From NCBI GenBank assembly GCA_900766825.1, contig CAAFWU010000017.1, positions 112-64,111 on the forward strand: DNA of 64,000 bases, written 5' to 3'. Each line of letters begins with the position of its first letter. Position 1 is the stretch's first letter. Both the position numbers and the translations under genes were made by a program. Positions 37,228 through 47,831 of the stretch are shown here, one piece after another. The notes beneath the pieces are model-generated. The model was not told the DNA's origin, searched no databases, and saw only the letters and a program-made list of their open reading frames with translations. The stretch is from Bacteroidales bacterium (GTDB lineage Bacteria; Bacteroidota; Bacteroidia; Bacteroidales; Marinilabiliaceae).

Positions 37228-38466
37228 ATGCAACATCACCTCAGCCCCAATCTGACCGAGCAGCTGGCCACGTGCGAAGAGCGCCTTGTGGTCACACGTT
37301 CGCGCAAGAGCCTAACCATTGGTCTGCCCTCCGAGAACCCCAAGGAGGAGACCCGCATAAGCTTGACCCCTCAGGGCGTAGAGGTTCTCACGGCCAAGGG
37401 GCACAACGTGATGGTGCAGCGAGGTGCTGGTCTCGAGGCTCGTTTTTCAGACGAGAGCTATGCCGCCGCTGGGGCCACCATTGTGGACAATGTGCAGCAA
37501 ATTTGGTCCGCCGACTTGGTGGTTCGCGTGTCGCCCCCAACGGTTGCAGAGGCTCAGATGCTCAAAAAAGGCCAGACAGTGATGTGCATGATCGGTAGAC
37601 ACAAACGCGAGCGCGAGGTCTACTCCACACTTGCCGAAAAACAGGTGACCCTCTTGGCCTCCGACTATGTTGGCACCAAAGCTTCCGAACATCAGACCGA
37701 TGCGGGAGGGGGCGAGCCCGCTCTGGTTAGTGCACTTGGCGAGATTGAGGGCATGATGGCCATGACCACCGCTGCCAACATGCTCCAGCACGACAATGGG
37801 GGCAAAGGCATCATCATTGGAGGCATCACGGGCGTGCCCCCTACCGAGGTCATCATCATTGGTTCAGGCACCGCAGCTCAGGGTGCCACACGCGCCGCCA
37901 TGGCTTTGGGCTGCAACGTCAAGGTCTTCGACACCGACCTTACCAATCTGCAGCGTCTTACGGCCAACCTCCCTCAGCATGTCTTCACCTCGGTGCTACA
38001 CCCTCAGGCCCTTACCAAGGCTCTGCGTTCGGCCGACGCCATTGTGGGCACCCGACATCACAATGCCTACGATGCCTATTGCATCCCATCGGACTATTTG
38101 GAACTCCTAAAGAAAGGTGCCGTGATTGTGGACATGGACAACGACCCCTATCGCCCCAACGACGGCCGAACCGAGTGGACCCACGTGACATCCTTGTCCC
38201 AACCAACCTATGTCTACAACAGCCTCCACTTCCATTGCTTGCCAGACATAACAGCCACTGTGCCCCACACCGCATCCATTGTCATGAGCGACCTGCTCAC
38301 ACCCCTCATTGCTTCGGTGGCCGACGAGGGTGGCATGGCACAAGCAGCCCGATTCCGACCAGCAGTCCGACAAGGCATTGCCCTCTGGCAGGGAACCACA
38401 ACCAATCACAAACTGGCCAAAATGACCCGAACAGAGTATTATGACATTCGTTTATTGCTGATTTAA
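37228..38466 (+). CDS. Alanine dehydrogenase / PNT-alpha-family NAD(H)-binding protein
   Basis: 412 aa with an AlaDh_PNT N-domain (E.RISLTP.GV..L...GH.V.V..GAG) and a Rossmann GxGxxA (IIIGSGTAAQGA). Confidence 0.7.
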   Translation: MQHHLSPNLTEQLATCEERLVVTRSRKSLTIGLPSENPKEETRISLTPQGVEVLTAKGHNVMVQRGAGLEARFSDESYAAAGATIVDNVQQIWSADLVVRVSPPTVAEAQMLKKGQTVMCMIGRHKREREVYSTLAEKQVTLLASDYVGTKASEHQTDAGGGEPALVSALGEIEGMMAMTTAANMLQHDNGGKGIIIGGITGVPPTEVIIIGSGTAAQGATRAAMALGCNVKVFDTDLTNLQRLTANLPQHVFTSVLHPQALTKALRSADAIVGTRHHNAYDAYCIPSDYLELLKKGAVIVDMDNDPYRPNDGRTEWTHVTSLSQPTYVYNSLHFHCLPDITATVPHTASIVMSDLLTPLIASVADEGGMAQAARFRPAVRQGIALWQGTTTNHKLAKMTRTEYYDIRLLLI

Positions 38467-38795
38467 TGGTAAATAACGTTTTTAACTTAGTTTAATATTT
38501 GCAATTCGTCAATGCAAATGTGCATTTTGTCAACAGTTGAGGGAACCATAAAAAGACCAAAGTCAAAAAAGGAGTGACGAAAGCAATTCGTCAGCAGTTT
38601 TGCAACAGACGTGTAAAAAAAGCGAAAGTAACCCGAAACCAAAAAAGCCGTAATATTGCACAGAAACAATCAACAAACCAGTTGCTCAGAGGATATCAAA
38701 GTCCAAAATCACTAAACAAAAGGAGAGTGAGGCAGCTCGGCGAAGGGGTTGAAAAATTAAATCACGAAAAAGTTGCACACATAAAATATAAGACG

Positions 38796-39401
38796 ATGAA
38801 AACTCTTGCAACCACATTTGCTTTGGCCACCGCAATAATCATTGGAGCCATAGCCTACAGCAATAGCAACAGCAACGCTTCCGAGATGGAAGTATATAAC
38901 AACGGTCGCACAATTGTGAGCCACGATGCACTTGGTCGCATTGTTAGCGAGCTCGACGTTGTGGCCGATGGCAAGGAATGGAACGAGACCACACTGCGTC
39001 AGACAACATATGAAGACAACACCGCCGAGACCGTGACCTACATCAAGGAGAACGGCATGTGGGTTGCTAAAACTCGTCAGATTAGCGAAATGAGCAACGG
39101 CACCATCAGCAACGTCATCCGCTACGACATGAGCATCGATGGCCGTTGGGTTGTGAAGGGCGAAATGCCAACCAACGACCTGAGCCAAGAGAGCAGCATT
39201 GTGGACGACATGATGTTCGATGCACAAGGCAATCTGGTTATGAAGGCCACATATCAATATGACAATGATGGCAAGCACGGTCTGGAAAAAGACGAGTATG
39301 TCTACGTTAACGGAGAGCGCAAACGCACCGTATCCTACACTTGGAACGACAACGCATGGCAAAAGACTTCTGTTAACAACATCGTCTCCAAAATCAACTA
39401 A
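38796..39401 (+). CDS. Small secreted/membrane-anchored protein with YD-like repeats (distant relative of the 9.8-15.2 kb family)
   Basis: The start is set at MKTLATTFALATAIIIGAIA. Motifs are HDALGRIV, FDAQGNLV and YQYDNDGKH. Confidence 0.6.
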   Translation: MKTLATTFALATAIIIGAIAYSNSNSNASEMEVYNNGRTIVSHDALGRIVSELDVVADGKEWNETTLRQTTYEDNTAETVTYIKENGMWVAKTRQISEMSNGTISNVIRYDMSIDGRWVVKGEMPTNDLSQESSIVDDMMFDAQGNLVMKATYQYDNDGKHGLEKDEYVYVNGERKRTVSYTWNDNAWQKTSVNNIVSKIN

Positions 39402-39490
39402 AACACAGTATCTTTTGTAAAGAGCACATTGCAAAATGAGCATTTTCATAACTATACAATTGATACAAAAAATAACTTTTTGAGTGGCTA

Positions 39491-39539
39491 CATCGGGGTG
39501 GAATGCTTAAAAATTCCACTCCGATGCTTGTTTTTGTTT
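39491..39539 (+). terminator. Rho-independent terminator
   Basis: 14-bp stem CATCGGGGTGGAAT / ATTCCACTCCGATG followed by a T-rich run. Confidence 0.75.
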
Positions 39540-39935
39540 ATATCCAACGTAACAAGTGTTACTTTGGGACAAAAGATGAGAAACGCCCAACGTATTAACC
39601 AAAAAAATGCTAAGTTTGCAGAAAGGGGATTGTGTTAACACATAACTACCTTAATCGGCATCCCTCAACGGGGATAGTTGAGAAAGAAGAGTGATTAATA
39701 CACCAAACATCCCACTATAAATGGCATGGAACATAGGGAACCGCGATGGAGACCTTTGTGAGCCCAATGCCAGCAGCAAACAACAGAAAGACAGCACAAT
39801 AGACAACAACAGACAGACAAGAGGGCCCACAACGAGCCTTGCCGCATATAGTACACAAAGCAAACCAAATAAGACAAGTCACCCTATGTTGGCAGGACTT
39901 TTACACTGAATCGTTGAACGAAACAATACGAGATA

Positions 39936-41864
39936 ATGGAGTACATTCAGTTTGACAGTTCCAAGCTCCCAAACCTTGAGTATTCACTCTTTAGGGAGAT
40001 CTTGCAGACCAATCGAGCGGGAGCATATCTCAGCACGACAATTATTGGCTGCAACACACGCAAGTATCACGGACTCCTCGTATGCCCTATAGAGCTGTTC
40101 GGTGGAGAGAGCTACGTCATGCTCTCTTCTCTGCAGTGTAGCATACTTATTGGTGAGAAACCTTTTAACTTGGGCGTTCAGGAGTATAAAGGCGATTATT
40201 TTGAGCCAAAGGGTCATAAGTACATGACCAAATACTGTGCTCAGCCTACGTCTACAATGACATACCGTGTGGGTTCTGTCATCATCTCTCAGCAGTATAT
40301 CCTTTCCGCCAACGAGAGTCAGGTGCTCATCCGCTACACCGTAGAGGAGGCTCAGGAAAAATTCCGAATGCGCCTCAAGCCATTCTTGGCATTCCGCAGC
40401 GTGCATGAACTCACCCACGAGAATATGGCTGTGGACACACATTACACACCTGTCGACGGCGGCGTTAAGTTTCGTCTTTACAAAGACTTCCCCGACCTCT
40501 ATATTCAGAGCAGCAAACCCATGGACTATGTGGCCATGCCCGATTGGTATCGCGACGTTGAGTACCTCAAAGAGCGTTACCGTGGCTACGACTACCGCGA
40601 AGACCTCTATGTCCCTGGTTTCTTCGAAGTCGAGGTGCAAAAGGGCGACCAATTTGTGGTGTCCGCTTCGCTCGCCGAGGCTTCGCCCAAAGCACTCAAG
40701 GCCAAGTTTACACGTGAGGAGAAGAGTCGTCAGCCCAAGGACTCCATGCTCAGCCTCCTCATTAATGCCGCTCAGCAATTCTCGGAGCGCATGCCCGATG
40801 GCTCGCTCATGCTCAAGGCTGGTTTCCACTGGAAAGGTCCCCAGCTCCGCGACATGTTCTTGGCTCTGCCTGGTCTCATGATCTACCAAAAGGATCGCAA
40901 AAACTTCGAGGAGATTCTCCGCACCAGCATTCCCAACCTCAAGAGACTCTATGTCGATCAGGCTGCCTATAACAACACCTCAATCGATATCCCCCTCTGG
41001 TTCTTCCACTGCTACAACGAACTCTGCCGCTTTGTGCCAGAGAGTGTGAACGTTGACGAGTACTACGACACCATGAAGGAGCTGCTGGCCCACTACTGGG
41101 CTGGCGTGCCAGGCAAGATGCACCGTCAGGACGATGGTTTGCTCTACGCCCGCAACGAGGGTCATCCTCAGACCTGGATGAACGCTCAGACAAGCTACGG
41201 CCACATGGTCACCCCACGCTACGGCTGCGCTGTTGAGGTCAACGCCCTATGGTACAATGCCATTGCCACAACCCTCGAGGAGGCCAAGAAACATAACGAC
41301 ACCCTCTTCATCAACGAGTGGCAACCTCGCCTCGAGCAATTGGGCAAGTCCTTCCTCAACACATTCCTCAAGCCCGACGGCACCCTCTACGACCGCACCG
41401 ATGCCGACTACCGTTCGCCAAAGATGCGCCCCAACCAAGTCATTGCCGCTGGTCTGAAGTATAGCCCCTTGAGCCGCGAGAACAAAAAGGCAATCCTCGA
41501 TGTAGTGACCGCCAAATTGCTCGTACCCTACGGTCTGCGCACCTTGGCTCCCGACGACCCCAATTATCATGGTGCTGTCGAGGGCGATCAGGACGAGCGC
41601 GCCATGGCTCTCCATCAGGGCACAGCCTATCCTTGGCTCCTCTCCTTCTATGCCGATGCCATGATTGCCGTCTATCGCAATAGCTGCATGGCACAGCTCC
41701 GTCGCATCGCCGAAGGCTTTGAGCCTCAACTCAAGGACCATGGCATAGGCTCCATAAGCGAGAGCTACTGCGGCAACCCACCCTATAAGGGCGATGGCGC
41801 CATATCTATGGCTTGCAGCGTGGCCGCTGTTCTGAAACTACTCAAACTCACCGAACCAAAATAA
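39936..41864 (+). CDS. Glycogen debranching enzyme (amylo-alpha-1,6-glucosidase family)
   Basis: 642 aa with the N-terminal GDE_N-bacterial-like NTRKYHGLLV and a C-terminal (alpha/alpha)6 GDE_C-like region. It lies in a glycogen gene cluster. Confidence 0.75.
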   Translation: MEYIQFDSSKLPNLEYSLFREILQTNRAGAYLSTTIIGCNTRKYHGLLVCPIELFGGESYVMLSSLQCSILIGEKPFNLGVQEYKGDYFEPKGHKYMTKYCAQPTSTMTYRVGSVIISQQYILSANESQVLIRYTVEEAQEKFRMRLKPFLAFRSVHELTHENMAVDTHYTPVDGGVKFRLYKDFPDLYIQSSKPMDYVAMPDWYRDVEYLKERYRGYDYREDLYVPGFFEVEVQKGDQFVVSASLAEASPKALKAKFTREEKSRQPKDSMLSLLINAAQQFSERMPDGSLMLKAGFHWKGPQLRDMFLALPGLMIYQKDRKNFEEILRTSIPNLKRLYVDQAAYNNTSIDIPLWFFHCYNELCRFVPESVNVDEYYDTMKELLAHYWAGVPGKMHRQDDGLLYARNEGHPQTWMNAQTSYGHMVTPRYGCAVEVNALWYNAIATTLEEAKKHNDTLFINEWQPRLEQLGKSFLNTFLKPDGTLYDRTDADYRSPKMRPNQVIAAGLKYSPLSRENKKAILDVVTAKLLVPYGLRTLAPDDPNYHGAVEGDQDERAMALHQGTAYPWLLSFYADAMIAVYRNSCMAQLRRIAEGFEPQLKDHGIGSISESYCGNPPYKGDGAISMACSVAAVLKLLKLTEPK

Positions 41865-41872
41865 AATCTCTC

Positions 41873-43165
41873 ATGAAAGTATTAATGTTTGGATGGGAAT
41901 TCCCACCTCACATTAGCGGAGGTCTTGGCACAGCCTGCTACGGAATAACCCGAGGCCTGGCCACTATACCCGACCTCGATGTTCTCTTCGTGGTGCCAAA
42001 GGCCTTCGGCGACGAAGACAAGAGCAAGGTGGAGGACATCATCGGAGCTAATGACGTCTCTATTATCAATAAACACATCCGCCAGACTAAGTATAGCAAG
42101 CAGTTCGACTACATCGAGGTGGAGTCGAAACTGGTGCCCTACGTTGACCCAGACGAGTACTATAAACTCAAGTCGCTCAACGTAAGCGATGGCTACAAGT
42201 ACTTCCAAACCGATGAGTTGGGCAAGTTCCACTTCTCGGGTGGCTACGGTTCGAACCTCATGACCGAGATCCGCAACTATGCTGTTGTGGGCAATATCAT
42301 CGCTCAAGAGAACACATTCGATGTCATCCATGCCCACGACTGGCTCTGCTATCCCGCTGGCATGGCTGCCAAGGAGGCAACGGGCAAACCACTTGTTGTG
42401 CACGTTCACGCCACCGACTTCGACCGCTCGGGCGGCAGCGTTAACCCTGTGGTCTTCGACATAGAGAAGCGTGGCATGGAGGCGGCCGATGCCGTCATCA
42501 CCGTGTCCAACCTCACTCGCAACACTGTCATTGAAAAATATGGCATCCCAGCCGAGAAGGTCTTCACTGTCTACAACGCCGTGGACCCCATCCGCAGCGA
42601 CATGAACAACTTTGCACCCAAGGGCATCAACGACAAGATCGTAACCTTCTTGGGTCGCATAACCATGCAAAAAGGACCCGAATACTTCATTGAGGCTGCC
42701 CATAAGGTGCTCCAGAAAATGGACAACGTCCGCTTCGTTATGGCTGGCAACGGCGACATGATGGAGAAGATGGTGCGCCGTGCTGCTTCGCTGAAGATTA
42801 TGGACAAGTTTAGCTTCACCGGATTCCTTCGCGGACAAGACGTCTACTCGATGCTCAAGATGAGCGACCTCTACGTCATGCCCTCTGTTTCGGAACCCTT
42901 CGGCATCTCACCCCTCGAGGCCATGCAGAGCAATGTGCCTGTGCTCATATCCTATCAGAGCGGTGTGGCCGAGATCCTCACATACGCCATTAAGACGGAC
43001 TTCTGGGACGTTGACGCCATGGCCGACGCCATGTACGGAGTGCTCAACTACCCGTCACTTGGCAAAATGTTCGCCAAATACGGCAAGGAGGAGGTTGACT
43101 CTCTTAAGTGGGAGAACTCCGCCAAGCAGATCAAGAAAGTCTATGATCTGGTAGTTAAAAAGTAA
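41873..43165 (+). CDS. Glycosyltransferase family 4/5-like glycogen synthase
   Basis: The start is set at MKVLMFGWEFPPHISGGLGTACYG. It has the C-terminal GT-B motif PS.SEPFGI.PLEAM. Confidence 0.75.
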   Translation: MKVLMFGWEFPPHISGGLGTACYGITRGLATIPDLDVLFVVPKAFGDEDKSKVEDIIGANDVSIINKHIRQTKYSKQFDYIEVESKLVPYVDPDEYYKLKSLNVSDGYKYFQTDELGKFHFSGGYGSNLMTEIRNYAVVGNIIAQENTFDVIHAHDWLCYPAGMAAKEATGKPLVVHVHATDFDRSGGSVNPVVFDIEKRGMEAADAVITVSNLTRNTVIEKYGIPAEKVFTVYNAVDPIRSDMNNFAPKGINDKIVTFLGRITMQKGPEYFIEAAHKVLQKMDNVRFVMAGNGDMMEKMVRRAASLKIMDKFSFTGFLRGQDVYSMLKMSDLYVMPSVSEPFGISPLEAMQSNVPVLISYQSGVAEILTYAIKTDFWDVDAMADAMYGVLNYPSLGKMFAKYGKEEVDSLKWENSAKQIKKVYDLVVKK

Positions 43166-43206
43166 AGGACCAGACCACAAGTCTTAAAACACGAAAAAAG
43201 AGGACT

Positions 43207-44667
43207 ATGAAAAATATTTGCTTATACTTCGAGCTGCATCATCCAGTTAAGTTGCGTCGCTATCGCTTCTTCGACATTGGCAACGACCATTACTACTACG
43301 ATGACTATGCCAATGAAAGCACTATCAATAAGTTGGCTCACACATGCTACTTGCCAACCAATAAGATTCTGACCGACATGCTCAAGCGTTTCAAGGGACG
43401 TTTCAGCGTGGCCTTCTCAATCAGCGGCACCATGTTGGATCAGCTCAAGATCTACGCCCCCGAGGTCATCGACAGCTTCCGAGCCATGGCTGCCACGGGC
43501 GGTGTTGAGTTCCTCGCCGAGACCAACAGCAGTTCGCTGGCATCCACTCGCAACTTCGACGAGTTCAAGCGCCAGATAGCTGCTCACGTCAAGAACATCG
43601 AGGAGACCTTTGGTCAGGTTCCAACCACATTCCGAAACACCGAGCTCATCTACTCCGACGAGATTGGTGAGGCCGTTGCCCAGATGGGCTTCAAAGCCAT
43701 GCTGGCCGAGGGTGCTAAGCAGACCTTGGGTTGGAAGAGTGCTAACTACGTATATTGCAACTCAATAGACCCCCGTCTCAAGGTGCTGGTTCGCAACTAT
43801 CACCTCAGCGACGACATAGCACTCCGCTTCTCGAACCAGAGCTGGCCCGAGTGGCCTCTGACAGCTCAGAAGTTCAAAGGCTGGCTCGATGGTCTCGACG
43901 CCAAAGAGGAGATTGTGAACCTCTTTATGAGCTACGACACCTTTGGTGGTGTACACAGTGCCGAGTCTGGCATTCAGGAGTTCCTCAAGGCTCTGCCCGA
44001 GGTTCTGCTCGAAGACGACAAGAACTACGCCTTCATAACCCCTGCCAAGGCTGCCAAGACTCTTCAGGTCGTTAGCGCCCTCAATGTTCCTTCGGCCACC
44101 AGTTGGGTTGACGAAGAACGCGACCTCACCGCATGGTTGGGCAACGAGATGCAGAACGAGGCTGTGGACAAACTCTACGCTTTGGCTCCCCACATGGCTC
44201 AGTGCACCGACGAGGCTCTGCTCAAAGACTGGCAGTACCTCCAGTCCTCGGAGCACTTCTACTACATGGGCACCAAATACTTCGCCAACGGCTCTTCGCG
44301 TGCCTATCAGTCGCCCTACCCAACTCCCTACGAGGCCTTCATTAATTACATGAACGTCCTGAGCGACTTTGCCGAACGCCTCAATGCCGTTGCTCCAGCC
44401 AACACCGACACTCAGGTCGAGGCTCTCAAGGCACAGAACGACAAGCTCCAGAACCAGCTCAACGAACTCGAGCAGCAACTCATCAAGGTCAACATCAAGG
44501 AAAAACCCGCCCGCAAGACCGCCACTCGCAAGAGCGCCGATAGTGCTGAGGCTCAGGCTACTGAGGAGAAAAAGCCAGCCAAGCGCACCACCCGCAAGAA
44601 GGCCGACGATGCCGCTGCCGATGCAACAGAGGTTAAGCCTAAGACCTCGCGTGCTAAAAAAGCATAA
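43207..44667 (+). CDS. Glycoside hydrolase family 57 (alpha-amylase-type) with a Lys/Ala-rich C-terminal tail
   Basis: 486 aa with the N-terminus CLYFELHHP...RYRFFDIG typical of GH57. After a coiled-coil comes a 56-aa K/A/T/R-rich tail. Confidence 0.75.
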   Translation: MKNICLYFELHHPVKLRRYRFFDIGNDHYYYDDYANESTINKLAHTCYLPTNKILTDMLKRFKGRFSVAFSISGTMLDQLKIYAPEVIDSFRAMAATGGVEFLAETNSSSLASTRNFDEFKRQIAAHVKNIEETFGQVPTTFRNTELIYSDEIGEAVAQMGFKAMLAEGAKQTLGWKSANYVYCNSIDPRLKVLVRNYHLSDDIALRFSNQSWPEWPLTAQKFKGWLDGLDAKEEIVNLFMSYDTFGGVHSAESGIQEFLKALPEVLLEDDKNYAFITPAKAAKTLQVVSALNVPSATSWVDEERDLTAWLGNEMQNEAVDKLYALAPHMAQCTDEALLKDWQYLQSSEHFYYMGTKYFANGSSRAYQSPYPTPYEAFINYMNVLSDFAERLNAVAPANTDTQVEALKAQNDKLQNQLNELEQQLIKVNIKEKPARKTATRKSADSAEAQATEEKKPAKRTTRKKADDAAADATEVKPKTSRAKKA

Positions 44668-44959
44668 CCCAAATTGCCTAAATAACGTACAAGTGGATGA
44701 AGCTGTTGTCATGCTCCACAAAATTAACGCTTGACCCAAAACAAGATTTGAGGCTGCGGGATGTGACAATGCGTCAGACAACAACAGTCAAGCTGCGCTA
44801 AGTTCCGTATGTGTCAGTCATCTTTTATGCTTGTGCAACACATTCTGTTCCAAAAGTCTAAAGATGCTCTGACTCGAAAACCGAGGCAAGACTTAACCGC
44901 TCAGTCGGGAGCCAAGGCAAGGATGCTCGGCGTAGCCCAAATCACACTTTTAACATAAA

Positions 44960-47503
44960 ATGGAAACCAAATCAAATTTCGCCCCATCAGCTGAACCGCT
45001 GTGGAAGTCAATCATCGTAAAATCCAAACTCCCTCAGGAGCTCTCGTGCTTGCACGAGTTGAGCCGCAACATCTGGTGGGTATGGAACTACGAGGCCACC
45101 GAACTCTTCGAGGAGATCGACAAAGACCTCTGGGCTCAGGTGGAGAAGAACCCCATCTTGCTCTTGGAGCGTGTTTCATACCAGCGCCTCAACGAGTTGG
45201 CTAAGAACGTTGACTTCGTAACCCGCCTCAACGGTGTCTATGCCAAGTTCAAGACCTATCTCGAGCAGCCCTTTGCCTACGAGCCTCAGATTGCCTACTT
45301 CAGCATGGAGTACGGTTTGAGCAACATCCTCAAGATCTACTCTGGTGGTCTGGGCATTTTGGCTGGCGACTACCTCAAGGAGGCTTCCGACAGCCGCGTC
45401 AATATGACCGCCATCGGTCTGCTCTATCGCTACGGCTACTTCAAGCAGAGCCTCTCTATCAACGGTGAGCAGCAGGCCATCTACGAGGCTCAGGAGTTCC
45501 AGAGCTTGCCCGTTGACGAGGTTCGCACCGCCGATGGCAAATTGCTCTACATCCCCATCAACTTCCCTGGCCGTCAGGTTCAGTTGAAGGTTTGGCGCGT
45601 CAACGTAGGTCGCATTGGTCTCTACCTTCTCGATGCCGACCATCCATTGAACAATGCTGAGGATCGCACCCTGACACACACCCTCTATGGTGGCGACTGG
45701 GAGAACCGTCTGAAGCAGGAGATTATCCTCGGCATGGGTGGTGTACGTCTGCTCAACGCTTTGGGCATCGACGCCGACATCTATCACTGCAACGAGGGTC
45801 ACGCTGCTCTGCTCAACGTTCAGCGTCTCATCGACCTCACCGACAAGGGTCTCAACTTCCAGGAGGCTCTCGAGGTTGTTCGAGCAACTTCGCTCTTCAC
45901 AACCCACACCCCTGTGCCCGCTGGCCACGATAAGTTCGACGAGGGTCTCGTTGGCAAATATCTCGGTCATGCACCCGAGCTTCTCGGCATCAGTTGGGAG
46001 GAGTTCATGAAGTTGGGTCGTGAGAACGATGGTAAGTTCTCCATGAGTGTCTTGGCAGCCTTCACTTCTCAGGAGATGAACGGCGTTAGCTGGCTCCACG
46101 GCGAGGTTACCAAGCACATGTTCAAGCACTTGTGGCCTGGCTTCACTGCCGACGAGCTCCACATCAACTACGTGACCAACGGTGTTCACTACGGCACCTG
46201 GGCCAGCAGCGAGATGCAGCGCTTCAACAAGAAGTATCTCGATAGCGAACTCCTCAAGGATGTTTCCAACAAGACATATTGGGAGAAGGTTCAGAGCGTT
46301 GACGACTCTGTTATCTGGGGTGTTCGTAAGCAGCTCAAGAAGAAACTCTTCGACTATATCCACGCTCGCAAAGTGAGCACCCTCTACGCAACTAACGATC
46401 CCAGCCGCGCCATTGACGTGCTCGAGGGCATCAAGCCCAACGCACTCACCATCGGCTTCGCTCGTCGTTTCGCCACCTACAAGCGTGCTCACCTTCTCTT
46501 CTCTGATCTCGACCGTTTGGCCAAGATCGTGAACAACCCCGAGCGCCCCGTTCAGTTCGTATTTGCTGGTAAGGCTCACCCCGCCGATCAGGGTGGTCAG
46601 AACCTCATCAAGAACATTGTGGCCATCTCGCATCGTCCTGAGTTCATTGGCAAGATCATCTTCTTGGAGAACTACGATATGGAACTCGCTCACCGCCTCG
46701 TAAGTGGTGTGGACGTATGGCTCAACACCCCAACCCGTCCTCTCGAGGCTTCTGGTACTTCGGGTCAGAAGGCCGAGCTTAACGGTGTACTGAACTTCTC
46801 GGTACTCGACGGCTGGTGGTACGAGGGCTATAAGGAGGGTGCTGGCTGGGCACTCACCGACAAGCAGACCTATCAGGACAACAAGTATCAGGATGAGTTG
46901 GATGCTTCCACCATCTACTACACTTTGGAGCAGGAGATCATACCTCTCTACTACGACCAGCAGGATGAGATACCTCATCGTTGGATCCAGTACATCAAGA
47001 ACTCGCTCTGCCAGATTGCGCCCGAGTTCACCACCAAACGTATGATCACCGACTACCTCAACCGCTTCTACATTCCTCAGTTCAAGCGTGGTACATTGCT
47101 TCGCGCCAACGACTGCAAGGCTGCTCGCGACTTGACCGAGTGGAAGAACAAGGTACGCAACATTTGGGATCGCATTCAGGTTGTCAACGTGGATATGCCC
47201 GACATTGCCAAGGAGCAACTCGGCATTGGTCAGATCTACCCCATCTCGGTTACCTTGGACAAGGTAGACCCCGATGTAGAGTTGGGCTTGGAGCTCGTAT
47301 TCGCAAGCGGTGCCGACGAGAACAACATGAAGGTTGTTCACTCAGAGCCCTTCACCGTTTCGGAGCGCAACGGTTCGCAGGTGACCTACTCAGTGTCTCT
47401 CTCGCTGAACTATCCTGGCGTCTTCCGCTTCGGTCTGCGCATCTTCCCATCGAACCCTCTGTTGCCCAACAAGCAAGACTTCCCCATGCTCAAGTGGATC
47501 TAA
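44960..47503 (+). CDS. glgP: Alpha-glucan phosphorylase (GT35)
   Basis: 847 aa with IAYFSMEYGL, GGLGILAGD, NEGHAA and the PLP-site region EASGTSGQKA. Confidence 0.9.
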   Translation: METKSNFAPSAEPLWKSIIVKSKLPQELSCLHELSRNIWWVWNYEATELFEEIDKDLWAQVEKNPILLLERVSYQRLNELAKNVDFVTRLNGVYAKFKTYLEQPFAYEPQIAYFSMEYGLSNILKIYSGGLGILAGDYLKEASDSRVNMTAIGLLYRYGYFKQSLSINGEQQAIYEAQEFQSLPVDEVRTADGKLLYIPINFPGRQVQLKVWRVNVGRIGLYLLDADHPLNNAEDRTLTHTLYGGDWENRLKQEIILGMGGVRLLNALGIDADIYHCNEGHAALLNVQRLIDLTDKGLNFQEALEVVRATSLFTTHTPVPAGHDKFDEGLVGKYLGHAPELLGISWEEFMKLGRENDGKFSMSVLAAFTSQEMNGVSWLHGEVTKHMFKHLWPGFTADELHINYVTNGVHYGTWASSEMQRFNKKYLDSELLKDVSNKTYWEKVQSVDDSVIWGVRKQLKKKLFDYIHARKVSTLYATNDPSRAIDVLEGIKPNALTIGFARRFATYKRAHLLFSDLDRLAKIVNNPERPVQFVFAGKAHPADQGGQNLIKNIVAISHRPEFIGKIIFLENYDMELAHRLVSGVDVWLNTPTRPLEASGTSGQKAELNGVLNFSVLDGWWYEGYKEGAGWALTDKQTYQDNKYQDELDASTIYYTLEQEIIPLYYDQQDEIPHRWIQYIKNSLCQIAPEFTTKRMITDYLNRFYIPQFKRGTLLRANDCKAARDLTEWKNKVRNIWDRIQVVNVDMPDIAKEQLGIGQIYPISVTLDKVDPDVELGLELVFASGADENNMKVVHSEPFTVSERNGSQVTYSVSLSLNYPGVFRFGLRIFPSNPLLPNKQDFPMLKWI

Positions 47504-47554
47504 GTCGGCAACACCCTTTCGCTGGATTTTAGTTTGATAGACTAAATAAAGTAT

Positions 47555-47588
47555 CCCCCACGGCTTTTGGGCTGTGGGGGATTTTTTT
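47555..47588 (+). terminator. Rho-independent terminator after glgP
   Basis: Stem CCCCCACGGC / GCTGTGGGGG followed by T7. Confidence 0.75.
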
Positions 47589-47831
47589 GTGAGTGCAAAT
47601 GTGTTTTTGGAGGGGCATTCCTTAAATTACTTGTAGCCTAAGATTGAGAGATTTGGGCAAAATCGCTTAACTTTATAAGAATTATTTCATTCAATTTGTT
47701 TCAGAGTCGATTAGGAGTGAGTATTCAACTCTCACCCATTCTATATCAACGATTATTTAAATCAATACATAGGAGAGAATGACCGAAGAAGTTTTTAAAG
47801 AGAAGTGCTTGTGTGGCGAGACGAGTAGGGT

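Noticed and set aside
39651-39877. Two overlapping small hydrophobic minus-strand ORFs (70 and 60 aa) in the spacer before the glycogen cluster.
   Set aside because: Both frames are hydrophobic because of C/T-rich low-complexity DNA (CAACAACAGACAGACAAG...). There is no clear start context or conservation evidence. A real small membrane protein cannot be excluded, but it is not supportable from sequence alone.
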